From: Pseudomonadota bacterium
Lineage (GTDB): Bacteria > Pseudomonadota > Gammaproteobacteria > Xanthomonadales > Rhodanobacteraceae
Reading direction: 5' to 3'
DNA: 64,000 nt
Assembly: GCA_021781345.1 (NCBI GenBank)
Contig: JAJXWZ010000197.1
Span: forward strand, 1,963-65,962
The notes beneath the pieces are model-generated. The model saw only the letters and a program-made list of their open reading frames with translations, had not been told where the DNA came from and searched no databases. Positions 24,881 to 34,966 of the stretch are shown here, one piece after another (the stretch's first letter is position 1; each line of letters begins with the position of its first letter). Made by a program: the position numbers and the translations under genes.

Positions 24881-25495
24881 TCAATGCGCCGCGGTCAGGC
24901 GCAGCACGGTCCAGCGGCGTTGCAGCAATGCGAATCCGCCGAACAGCAGCGTGCTCCAGAGCACCGTGCCGGGCAGCGTGCCGTGCTCGTAAAACGGCCA
25001 GCCGGCGACATAGCAGGCGACGAGGCCGCCAAAGGTATGCGGATACATCGTCGATGTCGCCCACGTGAAGAAGTTGGTGACGAGGTAGAAGCCGGTCGCG
25101 CTGACGATCGCGGCCAGCAGCAGGCTGCCGGTGCGCACCCGGCCGCGCAGGCCGAAACCCGCAAACACGGTCAACGCGACGCAGGCATAGATGACGGGCG
25201 CGATCACCAGCCAGTCCATGACTTCCGCGGACGGCAGCGCGAACGCGATCACGGCGTCCGCGCAGACCATCGCGGCCAACGGCACGGCGACGGCCAGCCT
25301 GCGGTCGGCGAAATAGGCGCCGCCGAACAGTGCCATCGCCTCGACCGGCGTGAAGTTCCAGGGCAACTCGCCCGCCGCGAAATGCACCAGCAAACGGTAG
25401 GCGACAGTGAAGGCGACCATCGCGCACAGCACCAGGGTACCGGGAGAAACAAGGGCCGATTGCGGGGAGCGGTCAGGTTGCAGCATGGAATCCAT
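24881..25495 (-). CDS. Integral membrane protein (resembles the DUF6580-type putative transporters often linked to cobalamin genes)
   Basis: ATG at 25495 (MDSMLQPD) inside ORF 24881..25603 gives about 204 aa with 5-6 hydrophobic helices. It is presumably co-transcribed with the adjacent adenosyltransferase gene. The family assignment is from memory only. Confidence 0.55.
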   Translation of the reverse strand: MDSMLQPDRSPQSALVSPGTLVLCAMVAFTVAYRLLVHFAAGELPWNFTPVEAMALFGGAYFADRRLAVAVPLAAMVCADAVIAFALPSAEVMDWLVIAPVIYACVALTVFAGFGLRGRVRTGSLLLAAIVSATGFYLVTNFFTWATSTMYPHTFGGLVACYVAGWPFYEHGTLPGTVLWSTLLFGGFALLQRRWTVLRLTAAH

Positions 25496-25723
25496 CCTAG
25501 GTTCGATATTCTTGGGCGAATCTGCGTGTAGCCGTCGTGGTCGGCTGCTGGCGGCTCCCGGATGCCGGAACGCGGCCAGCCGAGCGTACACGACGTCGAT
25601 CACGCGTTGCGGGCACCGCCGGGGATGCAGCTGGCGACCGCAGCAGGTTGCGCAAGCGACTGCCTAGCTTACCGCAACACGCCAGCACGGGGCTGACATG
25701 CGTCAACCGGCTATGATTCCAGC

Positions 25724-26938
25724 ATGACGCGACACACCGACATCCTGATCGTGGGCGGCGGCCTGGTGGGTACCAGCATGGCGCTGGCGCTGGACGCAAT
25801 CGGCCGCGACGCGGTGCTGGTCGAGGCCTCGCCGCCGCCCGCCGCGGCGACACCGGTGGCTGACGACAACGACCGCAACCTGGTGTTGGCCCATGCCTCG
25901 GTCAACGCCCTGCGAGTGCTCGGTGTTTGGCCTGACCTAGAGAGAATCGCCGGAACCATCCGGCGCGTCGAGATCAGCCGCGCCGGCGAGTTCGGCCGCG
26001 CGCGGCTGTCGGCGGACGACGCCGGCGTGGATGCGCTGGGACGCGTGGTCCCGGGGCGGCTGCTCGGGGCTGCACTCGAGCGGCGGCTGGCGCAGTGCAT
26101 GCATGTGCAAAGGCTCGCGCCCGCGAAACTGCTTGCGCTCGAGCCCGCGGATTCGGCATGGCGTGCGCGCATCGCCACGGCTGGCGGCGACTGCGGGATC
26201 GAAGCGCGCCTCGTCGTCGGCGCCGATGGCAGCGGCTCGAACGTGCGTGCGCTGGTCGGCATCGGTGTCCAGGAACACGACTACGCGCAATGCCTGTTCG
26301 TGAGTACCATCGCCTGCGAGCGCGACGCGCCCGAATGCGCGTTCGAGCGCTTCAGCGACGAGGGTCCGGTTGCGTTGCTGCCGTTGTCGGACCGCCGGCG
26401 TGGCCTGGTGCTGACGGTATCTGCGAGGCGGCACGACGAAGTCCTCGCGATGGACGACGCGCAGTTCCTGGCGCTGGCGCAGCATCGTTTCGGCTGGAAA
26501 CTCGGTGCGTTCGGCCGGCCGGGACGGCGCTTTCCGCACCGCATCCGCCGGGTGCTGGCCGAGGCCTTGACCGCGCCGCGTGCGGTACTGGTCGGCAATG
26601 CCGCGCAGGCCCTGCATCCGATCGGTGCGCAGGGGTTCAACCTCGGCCTGCGCGACGCGTTGACGCTGGCGGAATTGATTTCGCAAGCGGACGATCCGGG
26701 CGCGCCCACCTTGCTGCAAGAGTATGCTTCGCGCCGGCAGCCCGATCGCGACGGCGTGCTGGCTTTCAGCCATGGGCTGGTCGCGCTGGCCTGCCTCGCG
26801 CAACCTGCGTTGTCGCCGTTGCGTTCCCTCGCGCTGGCGACGCTGGATGGCGTCCCGCCGCTGCGACGCGCGATCGCGCGGCGCGGCATGGGATTCCGCG
26901 GCGTGCCACCCGCTGCCACGCTGGATGGTGGACCATGA
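25724..26938 (+). CDS. ubiH: FAD-dependent ubiquinone biosynthesis hydroxylase (UbiH-like)
   Basis: 404-aa ORF with N-terminal dinucleotide fold DILIVGGGLVGTSMALAL and later GNAAQALHPIGAQGFNLGLRD. It is paired with a second paralogue downstream. Confidence 0.8.
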   Translation: MTRHTDILIVGGGLVGTSMALALDAIGRDAVLVEASPPPAAATPVADDNDRNLVLAHASVNALRVLGVWPDLERIAGTIRRVEISRAGEFGRARLSADDAGVDALGRVVPGRLLGAALERRLAQCMHVQRLAPAKLLALEPADSAWRARIATAGGDCGIEARLVVGADGSGSNVRALVGIGVQEHDYAQCLFVSTIACERDAPECAFERFSDEGPVALLPLSDRRRGLVLTVSARRHDEVLAMDDAQFLALAQHRFGWKLGAFGRPGRRFPHRIRRVLAEALTAPRAVLVGNAAQALHPIGAQGFNLGLRDALTLAELISQADDPGAPTLLQEYASRRQPDRDGVLAFSHGLVALACLAQPALSPLRSLALATLDGVPPLRRAIARRGMGFRGVPPAATLDGGP

Positions 26939-28122
26939 ACTCGCGGCGCCCCGCCCTCGATGTCGCCGTCGCCGGTGGCGGCATGGTCGGTGCGGCCTGC
27001 GCGCTGGCGCTGGCCCGGCGTGGTTTCTCGGTGGCACTGCTGGAAGCGGGCGAGCCACCGCCGTGGCGCGCAGGCGAACCCGAGGACCTGCGCGTGATCG
27101 CACTGGCGCCTTCGTCGGCGCGGCTGCTGGACGAACTTGGCGCCTGGCGCGCCATCGCGGCTGCACGAATTTCGCCTTATCGCCGCATGTGCGTGTGGGA
27201 CGCCGCATCAGGCGCCGAACTCGGCTTCGACGCGGCCCGCGACGGACGCGCGCAGTTGGGTTGGATCGTCGAGAACAAACTGGTGGCGTGGACGCTTTGG
27301 CGGGCTCTGGAAGCCGCCGGGGTGCGCCGCGTATGCCCGGCGCAGGTCGAATCGTTCGAGCAGCGAGGCGATCGCGTGGTGCTGGAACCGGGCGAGGGCG
27401 GATCGATGTCGGCGGCGTTGCTGGTGATCGCGGACGGCGCGGGTTCCCGCCTGCGCGAGCAGGCCGGCATTGTGGTCCGGGGCCGTGACTACCGCCAGCG
27501 TGCCGTGGTCGCGCACGTCGCGACCGAACGCGCACACGAGCAGACGGCCTGGCAGCGCTTCACGCGGGAGGGACCGATCGCATTGCTGCCCCTGGCCGAG
27601 GGGCGCAGCTCGATCGTTTGGTCGCTGCCGGAAACCCGGGCGCGCGAAGTGCTTGCGCTGGACGATGCGGCGTTCAGCGAAGCGGCGGGGTTGGCTTCGG
27701 ATTTCCGCCTCGGCCGGGTCGTGGACACGACGCCGCGCGCGTCGTTTCCGCTGCGGCTTCAAGTCGCGGAGACCTTTGTGGCCGGCCGTTGCGTGCTGAT
27801 CGGCGATGCGGCCCATGCGGTGCACCCGCTGGCGGGGCAAGGCGCGAACCTCGGTCTGCGCGACGTCGCCGAGCTGGCATCGGTGCTGGGCGCGACGCGC
27901 GCCGCGGCATGCGATTTCGCCGCGCCGCACGTGTTGCAACGCTACGCGCGCCGGCGTCGCTCGGCCGGCACGCTGGACGCGCATGCATTCGACGCGATCG
28001 AACGGATGTTCGCGGCGCAAACGCAGGCATGGGCCGCGTTGCGCGGGCTGGGGATGCGTGCGGTGGATGCGATCGAGCCGCTGAAGGGGTTGCTGGCCGT
28101 GCATGCGGCTGGCGGAAACTGA
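26935..28122 (+). CDS. UbiH/UbiF/VisC/COQ6-family ubiquinone biosynthesis hydroxylase
   Basis: ATG at 26935 overlaps the ubiH stop (ATGA), inside long ORF 26095..28122. Motifs are DVAVAGGGMVGAACALALA and GDAAHAVHPLAGQGANLGLRD. Confidence 0.82.
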   Translation: MNSRRPALDVAVAGGGMVGAACALALARRGFSVALLEAGEPPPWRAGEPEDLRVIALAPSSARLLDELGAWRAIAAARISPYRRMCVWDAASGAELGFDAARDGRAQLGWIVENKLVAWTLWRALEAAGVRRVCPAQVESFEQRGDRVVLEPGEGGSMSAALLVIADGAGSRLREQAGIVVRGRDYRQRAVVAHVATERAHEQTAWQRFTREGPIALLPLAEGRSSIVWSLPETRAREVLALDDAAFSEAAGLASDFRLGRVVDTTPRASFPLRLQVAETFVAGRCVLIGDAAHAVHPLAGQGANLGLRDVAELASVLGATRAAACDFAAPHVLQRYARRRRSAGTLDAHAFDAIERMFAAQTQAWAALRGLGMRAVDAIEPLKGLLAVHAAGGN

Positions 28123-28134
28123 GAGGAGGCGATC

Positions 28135-29040
28135 ATGCGCAAGGTTTTGGTGAAGAGCCAGGCCACGGAGAAACGTCCTGGACAGCCCCGATTGCGAAAT
28201 TCCATTTGTTCTCGCTGGAAGTTTCCTGGTGCGGCGATCATGGACTGTCGCACGAAAGTCCTCGTGTTGTGGTCGTGTTTTTTTGTCTGCGGCATCGCGC
28301 ATGCCGCGATGCGCACGCAAGCCATCGACTACAAGGTCGACGGCAAGGCCATGCGTGGAGTGCTGGTCTGGGACGATGCGGCAAAAGCCCCGCGGCCGGG
28401 CCTGTTGATGGTGCCCGACTGGACCGGCATCAACCCGGTCAACGTCAAGTTCGCCGAGCAGATCGCCGGCAAGAGGTACGTGATCTTCATGGGCGATATG
28501 TATGGCAAGGACGTGCGCCCGACGGACAACGCCGAGGCGCGTGAAGCGGTCAAACCGCTGCTTGCCGACCGGGCGTTGCTCCGGGAGCGCGTCGCTGCGG
28601 CGTATGACCGACTGAAGGCGCTGGCGGCACGGCACGCCGCGCCGATCGATGCTTCCAGGCTCGCCGCGATCGGATTCTGTTTCGGCGGCACTTCCGTGCT
28701 CGACCTGGCGCGCACCGGTACCGACGTCGCGGCGGTGGTGAGCTTCCACGGCGGCCTCGGCACCGACGATCCTGGGTTGGCGAAAAACATCAAGGCACGC
28801 GTGCTCGTGATGAACGGCGCGGACGACAAAGGCACGATGCCGGATGCGCCGGCCTTCATGAAGGAGATGCAGCAGAGCCCCGCGCCGTGGCAGTTCGTGG
28901 CGTTCGGCGGCGCGGTGCACTGTTTCGCCGAGCCACAGGCGCACTCTCCACCCGGATGCGTGTACGACCCGCCGGTGGCGAAACGCGCGTTCGCCCTGAT
29001 GCGCGCGTGGCTGGGCGAGGCTTTCGCCGGCAAGTCCTGA
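28135..29040 (+). CDS. Dienelactone hydrolase family protein (secreted/periplasmic)
   Basis: Nucleophile motif GFCFGG, then SFHGG and a C-terminal AVHCF. ATG 28135 follows a strong GAGGAGG. However, the signal-peptide-like segment begins at the in-frame ATG 28240 (MDCRTKVLVLWSCFFVCGIAHA), which may be the true start. Confidence 0.75.
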   Translation: MRKVLVKSQATEKRPGQPRLRNSICSRWKFPGAAIMDCRTKVLVLWSCFFVCGIAHAAMRTQAIDYKVDGKAMRGVLVWDDAAKAPRPGLLMVPDWTGINPVNVKFAEQIAGKRYVIFMGDMYGKDVRPTDNAEAREAVKPLLADRALLRERVAAAYDRLKALAARHAAPIDASRLAAIGFCFGGTSVLDLARTGTDVAAVVSFHGGLGTDDPGLAKNIKARVLVMNGADDKGTMPDAPAFMKEMQQSPAPWQFVAFGGAVHCFAEPQAHSPPGCVYDPPVAKRAFALMRAWLGEAFAGKS

Positions 29041-29064
29041 AAACCGCGCTAGCCGGACGGCCTC

Positions 29065-30078
29065 TCAGTTGCTGCGGTTGACCGCGTAGCCGGCCAGTCC
29101 CGCGAGCGCGTCGCGGTATTCCGAGGGCGGCAGCGTCGCGAGCGCGGAATGCGCGGCGTCAGCATGCGATTGTGCGCGTGCGCGGGTGCGTTCGAGCGCA
29201 CCGGACTGGCGGATGGCGGCGACGATCACGTCCAGTGCCGCGAGGCGCTTGCCGGTGATGGCGTTGCGCAACAGTTCCGCCTGCATCGGCGTCGAGCGCT
29301 CGATCGCGTAGATCAGCGGCAGGGTCGGCTTGCCCTCGGCGAGGTCGTCGCCGATGTTCTTGCCCAGCGTATCCGGGTCGGAGACGTAGTCGAGCAGGTC
29401 GTCCGAGATCTGGAAGGCGGCGCCCAGTTCCATGCCGTAACGCCGCAGCGCGAGGCACTGTGCTTCGGGCAACCCGGCCAGCACGCCGCCGAGCTGGGTC
29501 GCGGCGGCGAACAGCACCGCGGTCTTGCGCTCGATCACGCGCATGTAGGCCGCTTCGGTGGTTTCGGCGCGGCCGATGTTGAGCAGCTGCAGGACCTCGC
29601 CCTCGGCGATGGAGTTGGTGGTGTCGGCGAGGATCCGCATCACCTGCATCCGGTCCAGTTCGACCATCATCTGGAATGCGCGCGAGTACAGGAAGTCGCC
29701 GACCAGCACGCTGGCGGCGTTGCCCCACGCGGCGTTCGCGGTCTTGCGCCCGCGCCGCAGGTCGGATTCGTCTACGACGTCGTCGTGCAGCAGCGTCGCG
29801 GTGTGGATGAACTCGATCACCGCGGCCAGCTCGATGTGGGAGTCGCCGGCGTAGCCCGCGGCGTGCGCCGCCAGCACGTGCAGGGTGGGTCGTAGCCGTT
29901 TGCCGCCGCCGCCGACAATATGCTCGGCGATCGCGTTGATCAGCACGACGTCCGAGTGCAGGCGTTGGCGGATCATCGCGTCCACCTGCTGCATGTCGGA
30001 CGCGGCCAGGTCGCGTGCCGCGACGAACGCGTTGGCGGATTCGGGCTGGGGGGCGGCGCTGGGGCGGTTCATGGCCAT
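29065..30078 (-). CDS. ispB: Octaprenyl-diphosphate synthase IspB
   Basis: ATG at 30078 (MAMNRPSA) inside ORF 29065..30780. Two aspartate-rich motifs are LLHDDVVDESDLRRG and QISDDLLDY. Confidence 0.9.
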   Translation of the reverse strand: MAMNRPSAAPQPESANAFVAARDLAASDMQQVDAMIRQRLHSDVVLINAIAEHIVGGGGKRLRPTLHVLAAHAAGYAGDSHIELAAVIEFIHTATLLHDDVVDESDLRRGRKTANAAWGNAASVLVGDFLYSRAFQMMVELDRMQVMRILADTTNSIAEGEVLQLLNIGRAETTEAAYMRVIERKTAVLFAAATQLGGVLAGLPEAQCLALRRYGMELGAAFQISDDLLDYVSDPDTLGKNIGDDLAEGKPTLPLIYAIERSTPMQAELLRNAITGKRLAALDVIVAAIRQSGALERTRARAQSHADAAHSALATLPPSEYRDALAGLAGYAVNRSN

Positions 30079-30222
30079 CGGCGTTGCGGCAGGCGTCCGA
30101 TTATAGTGCCTCGCCGCGTACCGCCGGAATCGACCAACGTGAATGCGGGCGGTCCGCCGGCAGACCTGGTGGGGTGCTGGTAGCATTCTTGGTCCGGTTG
30201 TTTCCATTCGAGGGTTCGCACC

Positions 30223-30708
30223 ATGGCACGAGGCGTCAACAAGGTCATCCTGATCGGCAATCTCGGCGCGGATCCGGAAACGCGCTACAGTGCGTCCGGA
30301 ACGGCGATGTGCACCATCCGGATCGCCACCACGGACAGTTGGAAGGACAAGCAGTCCGGCGAGCGCCAGGAACGCACCGAGTGGCATCGCATCAAGTTCT
30401 TCGGCCGGCTTGCCGAGATCGCCGGCGAATACCTGAAGAAGGGCCGGCAGGTGTACATCGAGGGTTCCCTGCGCACCGACAAGTACACCGACAAGGAAGG
30501 CATCGAGCGCTATACGACCGACATCATCGCCAACGAGATGCAGATGCTGGGTGGCCCCGGCGAGGGCGACATGCGCGGCGAAGGCGGTGGTTACCGTGCT
30601 CGTCCGGCGCAGGGACGTCCGTCCGGCGCGCCGTCGCCTGGCGGATCGCGCGCGTCGGAGCCGCCGCCGCCGGACAATGGCTTCGAGGACGACGACATTC
30701 CGTTCTAG
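30223..30708 (+). CDS. ssb: Single-stranded DNA-binding protein
   Basis: 161-aa [22 protein letters not shown]...TEWHRI, then a Gly/Pro-rich linker and the acidic tail DDDIPF. Confidence 0.96.
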   Translation: MARGVNKVILIGNLGADPETRYSASGTAMCTIRIATTDSWKDKQSGERQERTEWHRIKFFGRLAEIAGEYLKKGRQVYIEGSLRTDKYTDKEGIERYTTDIIANEMQMLGGPGEGDMRGEGGGYRARPAQGRPSGAPSPGGSRASEPPPPDNGFEDDDIPF

Positions 30709-30741
30709 TCGCTGCGTAGCCGTTCTTCCATGCACGATTCG

Positions 30742-30769
30742 AGCCCGCCGCAAGGCGGGCTTTGTGTTT
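30742..30769 (+). terminator. Rho-independent terminator of ssb
   Basis: AGCCCGCC-GCAA-GGCGGGCT is a perfect 8-bp GC stem with a GNRA loop. It is followed by TTGTGTTTC, 34 nt after the ssb stop. Confidence 0.8.
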
Positions 30770-30901
30770 CTGCCTGCCAAACGCGTACGTGGAGGTGCCG
30801 ATCTTGATGCCGTCTTGACATCCGTGCCTGCAAATCCTGCACCGGCCTGATGCGCGAATTCCTAGGCTGTACGGCATCGATTTGCTCGCCGGGAATGCCG
30901 T

Positions 30902-31003
30902 ATGGACATCGTGTACCTGCTGTTGATTGGCGTACTTGGTCTGTCCCTGGTTGGCCTGATCGCGGCCTGCCGTTCGCTGGAGGAACGCCGCCATGGCCGC
31001 TGA
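30902..31003 (+). CDS. Candidate 33-aa single-TM micro-ORF upstream of kdpF (hypothetical)
   Basis: Hand translation of ATG 30902 gives MDIVYLLLIGVLGLSLVGLIAACRSLEERRHGR then a stop. That is a hydrophobic helix plus a basic tail. It overlaps the kdpF start by 11 nt and has only a weak SD, so it is unverified. Confidence 0.25.
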   Translation: MDIVYLLLIGVLGLSLVGLIAACRSLEERRHGR

Positions 31004-31097
31004 GCCGGGCTGGGTCTATGCGCTGGCTGGGATCCTGTCGGCCGGGTTGTTCGGCTACCTGCTGTACGCGCTGATCAATCCCGAGGATCTCGAATGA
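30993..31097 (+). CDS. kdpF: K+-transporting ATPase subunit F
   Basis: Hand-translated 34-aa [37 protein letters not shown]. The KdpF-like YLxYALxxPE motif is present. GGAGGA lies 8 nt upstream, and the stop overlaps the kdpA ATG (ATGA). Confidence 0.75.
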   Translation: MAAEPGWVYALAGILSAGLFGYLLYALINPEDLE

Positions 31098-32878
31098 ACG
31101 CCGATCCGTGGTTCCAGATGGCGTTGTATCTGGTCGTCCTGTTGCTGCTGGCGTGGCCTCTGGGGCGCTGGATCGACGGCGTGCTTTCGGGGCGCTTGTC
31201 CCGGCGCTGGCGCTGGGTGGACAAGACGGAGGGCATGTTCCTGCGCCTTGCCGGCACGAACGCCAACGAGGACATGCCTTGGTGGCGCTACGCGTTCGCG
31301 ATCATCGTGTTCAACCTGATCGGGGTGCTGGTGGTGTACGCGCTGCAACGCCTGCAGCAGTGGCTGCCCGTCAATCCCACGCAGATGGGTGCCGTCTCGC
31401 CCGATTCCTCGTTCAACACGGCAGTGTCTTTCACCACCAATACCAACTGGCAAGGCTATGGTGGCGAAACCACGATGAGCCATCTGACCCAGATGGCCGG
31501 CCTGGCGGTGCAGAACTTCCTTTCCGCCGCGACCGGCATCGTGGTGGCGATCGCGTTGATACGCGGGTTCGCGCGCGGCCGAGCGGAAGGCTTGGGCAAT
31601 GCCTGGCTGGACCTGGTCCGCACCACGTTGTGGATCCTCTTGCCGCTGTCGTGCGTGATCGCGCTGATCCTGGCCAGCCAGGGCGTGCCGCAGACGCTGG
31701 CCGGATCTGCCACGATACGCACGCTGCAGGCGACGCATTACCAGGTGCCGCTGAAGGATGCTTCGGGCCACGCCATGCTGGACGCGCGTGGTGCACCACG
31801 CATGCAGGAGATGACCACCACGACGCAACGGATTGCGCTGGGTCCGGTGGCTTCGCAGGAGGCGATCAAGGAGCTCGGTACCAACGGTGGTGGTTTCTTC
31901 AATGCCAATTCCGCGCATCCCTTCGAAAATCCGTCCCCGCTGACCAACTTCGTCGAGATGCTGGCCATCTTCCTGATCCCGGCCGCGCTGGTGTTCACCT
32001 TCGGGCGGATGGTCGGCGACCGACGCCAGGGCATCGCGGTGCTCGCGGCCATGACGATCCTGTTCGTGGCGTTGTACGCGGGCGGCGTCGTCGCGCAGTC
32101 GCAGCCCAATCCCTTGATTGCGCACCTGGGTGTTTCGGGGCCGAGCATGGAAGGCATCGAGACGCGGTTCGGCACGGTCGCGTCGATGCTGTTCGCGACG
32201 ATCACCACCTCGGCGAGCTGCGGCGCGGTCAACGCGATGCACGACAGCCTGATGCCTTTGGCGGGCGGCGCACCGCTGTTCCTGATACAGCTCGGCGAGG
32301 TCGTATTCGGCGGCGTCGGTTCGGGCTTGTACGGGATGTTGATCTTTGCGGTCCTCGCGGTGTTCATCGCCGGGCTGATGATCGGCCGCACGCCCGAATA
32401 CCTCGGCAAGAAGATCGGGATGTACGAGATGAAGATGGTGGCGATCACGATCCTGGCCGTCCCATTGCTGGTACTGGCCGGTACCGCGATCGCGGTGCTG
32501 GCGCAGGCCGGCCGCGCGGGCGTACTCAACCCCGGTGCACACGGATTTTCGGAAATGCTGTACGCGTTCTCGTCGGCCGCCAACAACAACGGATCGGCGT
32601 TTGCCGGATTGTCGGTGGACACGCCGTTCTACAACGTGTTGCTCGCGATCGCGATGTGGTTCGGGCGCTTCCTGATCATCGTGCCGGTGCTGGCGCTGGC
32701 CGGCGGCTTGGCCAGGAAACCGCGCCTTGCGGTTTCGGCCGGAACCATGCCCACCCACGGTCCCTTGTTCGTGATCCTGCTGATCGGCGCCGTGTTGCTG
32801 GTCGGCGCGCTCAACTACGTGCCGGCGCTGGCGTTGGGACCCGTGGTCGAGCACCTCATGCTGTTCCACGGGCACTGA
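31094..32878 (+). CDS. kdpA: K+-transporting ATPase subunit A
   Basis: 594-aa polytopic ORF with typical KdpA blocks ([33 protein letters not shown]). Confidence 0.95.
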   Translation: MNADPWFQMALYLVVLLLLAWPLGRWIDGVLSGRLSRRWRWVDKTEGMFLRLAGTNANEDMPWWRYAFAIIVFNLIGVLVVYALQRLQQWLPVNPTQMGAVSPDSSFNTAVSFTTNTNWQGYGGETTMSHLTQMAGLAVQNFLSAATGIVVAIALIRGFARGRAEGLGNAWLDLVRTTLWILLPLSCVIALILASQGVPQTLAGSATIRTLQATHYQVPLKDASGHAMLDARGAPRMQEMTTTTQRIALGPVASQEAIKELGTNGGGFFNANSAHPFENPSPLTNFVEMLAIFLIPAALVFTFGRMVGDRRQGIAVLAAMTILFVALYAGGVVAQSQPNPLIAHLGVSGPSMEGIETRFGTVASMLFATITTSASCGAVNAMHDSLMPLAGGAPLFLIQLGEVVFGGVGSGLYGMLIFAVLAVFIAGLMIGRTPEYLGKKIGMYEMKMVAITILAVPLLVLAGTAIAVLAQAGRAGVLNPGAHGFSEMLYAFSSAANNNGSAFAGLSVDTPFYNVLLAIAMWFGRFLIIVPVLALAGGLARKPRLAVSAGTMPTHGPLFVILLIGAVLLVGALNYVPALALGPVVEHLMLFHGH

Positions 32879-32891
32879 CCGGAGCTTTCGC

Positions 32892-34958
32892 ATGTCCCAT
32901 GCATCCACGCGGGCACTGCCCATGTTCGACGCCGCGTTGCTGAAGCCGGCGCTCGCCGAGTCGATCAAACGCCTCTCGCCGCGCGCGCAATGGAGCAATC
33001 CGGTGATGTTCGTGGTGTGGATCGGCAGTGTCTTGACGACCGTGCTCGGTCTAACCGCGTTGCACGACCATCGCCTGCCCGCGCCCGCGTTCACGCTGGC
33101 GGTAGCTGCGTGGCTGTGGCTGACGGTGTGGTTCGCCAACCTCGCCGAGGCGCTCGCGGAAGGCCGCGGCAAAGCCCAGGCCGCGGCGTTGCGTTCCGCG
33201 AAGAAGCGCGTCTACGCCAAGCAACTGCAGGAGCCGCGTCACGGCTCGTCATGGCTGCCGGTGCCCAGCGACGAACTGATCACCGGCCGTGTCGTATTGG
33301 TCGAGGCCGGCGACACCGTACCCGCCGACGGCGAGGTCATCGAGGGCGTGGCATCGGTGGACGAATCGGCGATAACCGGGGAATCCGCACCGGTGATCCG
33401 CGAATCCGGTGGCGATCGCTCGGCCGTCACCGGTGGTACCAGGGTGCTGTCCGACTGGATCGTGGTGCGCGTCACCGCGAAGCCGGGCGAGGCATTCCTC
33501 GACCGCATGATCGCGATGGTGGAAGGCGCCAAGCGCTCGCGGACCCCGAACGAGATCGCGCTGACCATACTTCTCGTCGCGCTGACACTGGTGTTCCTGG
33601 TGGTCTGTGTCACGCTGCTGCCATTCTCGCTCTACAGCGCGCAGGCCGCAGGTGGCGGCGCGGTGTCGGTCCCGGTGCTGGTCGCGCTGCTGGTGTGCCT
33701 GATCCCGACCACGATCGGTGCGTTGCTGTCCGCGATCGGCATCGCCGGCATGAGCCGGATGTTGCGTGCGAACGTGCTGGCGATGTCCGGGCGCGCGGTC
33801 GAAGCGGCCGGCGACGTGGACGTGCTGCTGCTCGACAAGACCGGCACGATCACGCTTGGCAACCGTCAGGCCACCGCGTTTCATCCTGCGCCGGGCGTCA
33901 CCGCACAGCAACTTGCGGAGGCTGCGCAGCTGTCTTCCCTGCCCGACGAGACGCCGGAAGGCCGTTCCATCGTGGTACTGGCCAAGCAGCAATACAACCT
34001 GCGTGGCCGCGAGCTGCACGACGTGCATTTCGTGCCGTTTTCGGCGCGAACGCGCATGAGCGGCGTGGACGACGGTGCACGCCACATCCGCAAGGGTGCG
34101 GCAGAGGCGATCGCGAGCCACGTCGCGGAACAGGGTGGCCGCATGCCCGACGCCGTGCGCGAACGCGTCGGAAACATCGCGCGTGCGGGTGGCACGCCGC
34201 TGGTGGTCGCCGACGGCGCACGCGTGCTCGGCACGATCGAGCTCAAGGACATCGTCAAGGGCGGCATCAAGGAGCGGTTCGGCGAACTGCGCCGCATGGG
34301 CATCCGCACCGTGATGATCACCGGCGACAACCCACTCACCGCCGCTGCGATCGCCGCGGAAGCGGGCGTGGACGACTTCCTCGCCGAAGCCACGCCGGAA
34401 GACAAGCTGGCGCTGATCCGCCAGCACCAGTCGGAAGGGCACCTGGTCGCGATGACTGGTGACGGCACCAACGACGCGCCGGCGCTGGCGCAGGCCGACG
34501 TCGCGGTCGCGATGAACAGCGGCACATCCGCGGCCAAGGAAGCCGGCAACATGGTCGATCTCGACAGCAACCCGACCAAGCTGCTGGAAGTGGTCGAGGT
34601 CGGCAAGCAGATGCTGATGACGCGCGGTTCGCTGACCACCTTCAGCATCGCCAACGACGTCGCCAAGTATTTCGCGATCATCCCGGCCGCCTTCGCGGCC
34701 ACCTACCCACAATTGCGCGCGCTGGACGTGATGCACCTGCATTCGCCGCAGTCGGCGATCCTGTCGGCGGTGGTCTTCAACGCGCTAATCATCGTGCTCT
34801 TGATCCCCTTGGCGTTGAAAGGCGTGGCCTATCGCGCACGGCCCGCCGCGCAGTTGCTGCGTCGCAACCTGCTGGTCTACGGGTTGGGCGGCCTGGTCGC
34901 GCCCTTCCTCGGCATCAAGCTGATCGACCTGGCCTTGACCGCGCTACACCTGGGTTGA
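32892..34958 (+). CDS. kdpB: K+-transporting P-type ATPase subunit B
   Basis: 688-aa ORF with phosphorylation motif DKTGTIT, TGES, and hinge [21 protein letters not shown]. Confidence 0.96.
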   Translation: MSHASTRALPMFDAALLKPALAESIKRLSPRAQWSNPVMFVVWIGSVLTTVLGLTALHDHRLPAPAFTLAVAAWLWLTVWFANLAEALAEGRGKAQAAALRSAKKRVYAKQLQEPRHGSSWLPVPSDELITGRVVLVEAGDTVPADGEVIEGVASVDESAITGESAPVIRESGGDRSAVTGGTRVLSDWIVVRVTAKPGEAFLDRMIAMVEGAKRSRTPNEIALTILLVALTLVFLVVCVTLLPFSLYSAQAAGGGAVSVPVLVALLVCLIPTTIGALLSAIGIAGMSRMLRANVLAMSGRAVEAAGDVDVLLLDKTGTITLGNRQATAFHPAPGVTAQQLAEAAQLSSLPDETPEGRSIVVLAKQQYNLRGRELHDVHFVPFSARTRMSGVDDGARHIRKGAAEAIASHVAEQGGRMPDAVRERVGNIARAGGTPLVVADGARVLGTIELKDIVKGGIKERFGELRRMGIRTVMITGDNPLTAAAIAAEAGVDDFLAEATPEDKLALIRQHQSEGHLVAMTGDGTNDAPALAQADVAVAMNSGTSAAKEAGNMVDLDSNPTKLLEVVEVGKQMLMTRGSLTTFSIANDVAKYFAIIPAAFAATYPQLRALDVMHLHSPQSAILSAVVFNALIIVLLIPLALKGVAYRARPAAQLLRRNLLVYGLGGLVAPFLGIKLIDLALTALHLG

Positions 34959-34966
34959 GCCGGGCC

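Noticed and set aside
25496-25723. Possible cobalamin riboswitch in the leader of the membrane-protein / adenosyltransferase operon (minus strand)
   Set aside because: Reading the minus strand, I found a segment CCGGCGGTGCCCGCAACGCGTGA. It resembles the conserved GC-rich core (…CCCGC.AC.GT.A) of B12 riboswitches. I could not identify a convincing GGGAA / GGTG.AA.TCC block or a B12 box (AGCCAGGAGACCTGCC-like). Without a covariance-model search this is too weak to call.
30079-30222. SOS (LexA) box in the divergent ispB-ssb promoter region
   Set aside because: ssb is SOS-regulated in some bacteria. I found neither a CTGT-N8-ACAG dyad nor a TTAGTA…TACTAA Xanthomonas-type dyad in this 144-bp spacer.
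30815-30843. Consensus -35 hexamer TTGACA upstream of the kdp operon
   Set aside because: The hexamer at 30815..30820 is perfect, but the sequence 17 nt downstream (TGCACC) is not a credible -10 element. KdpE-activated promoters need experimental mapping, so no promoter feature was called.
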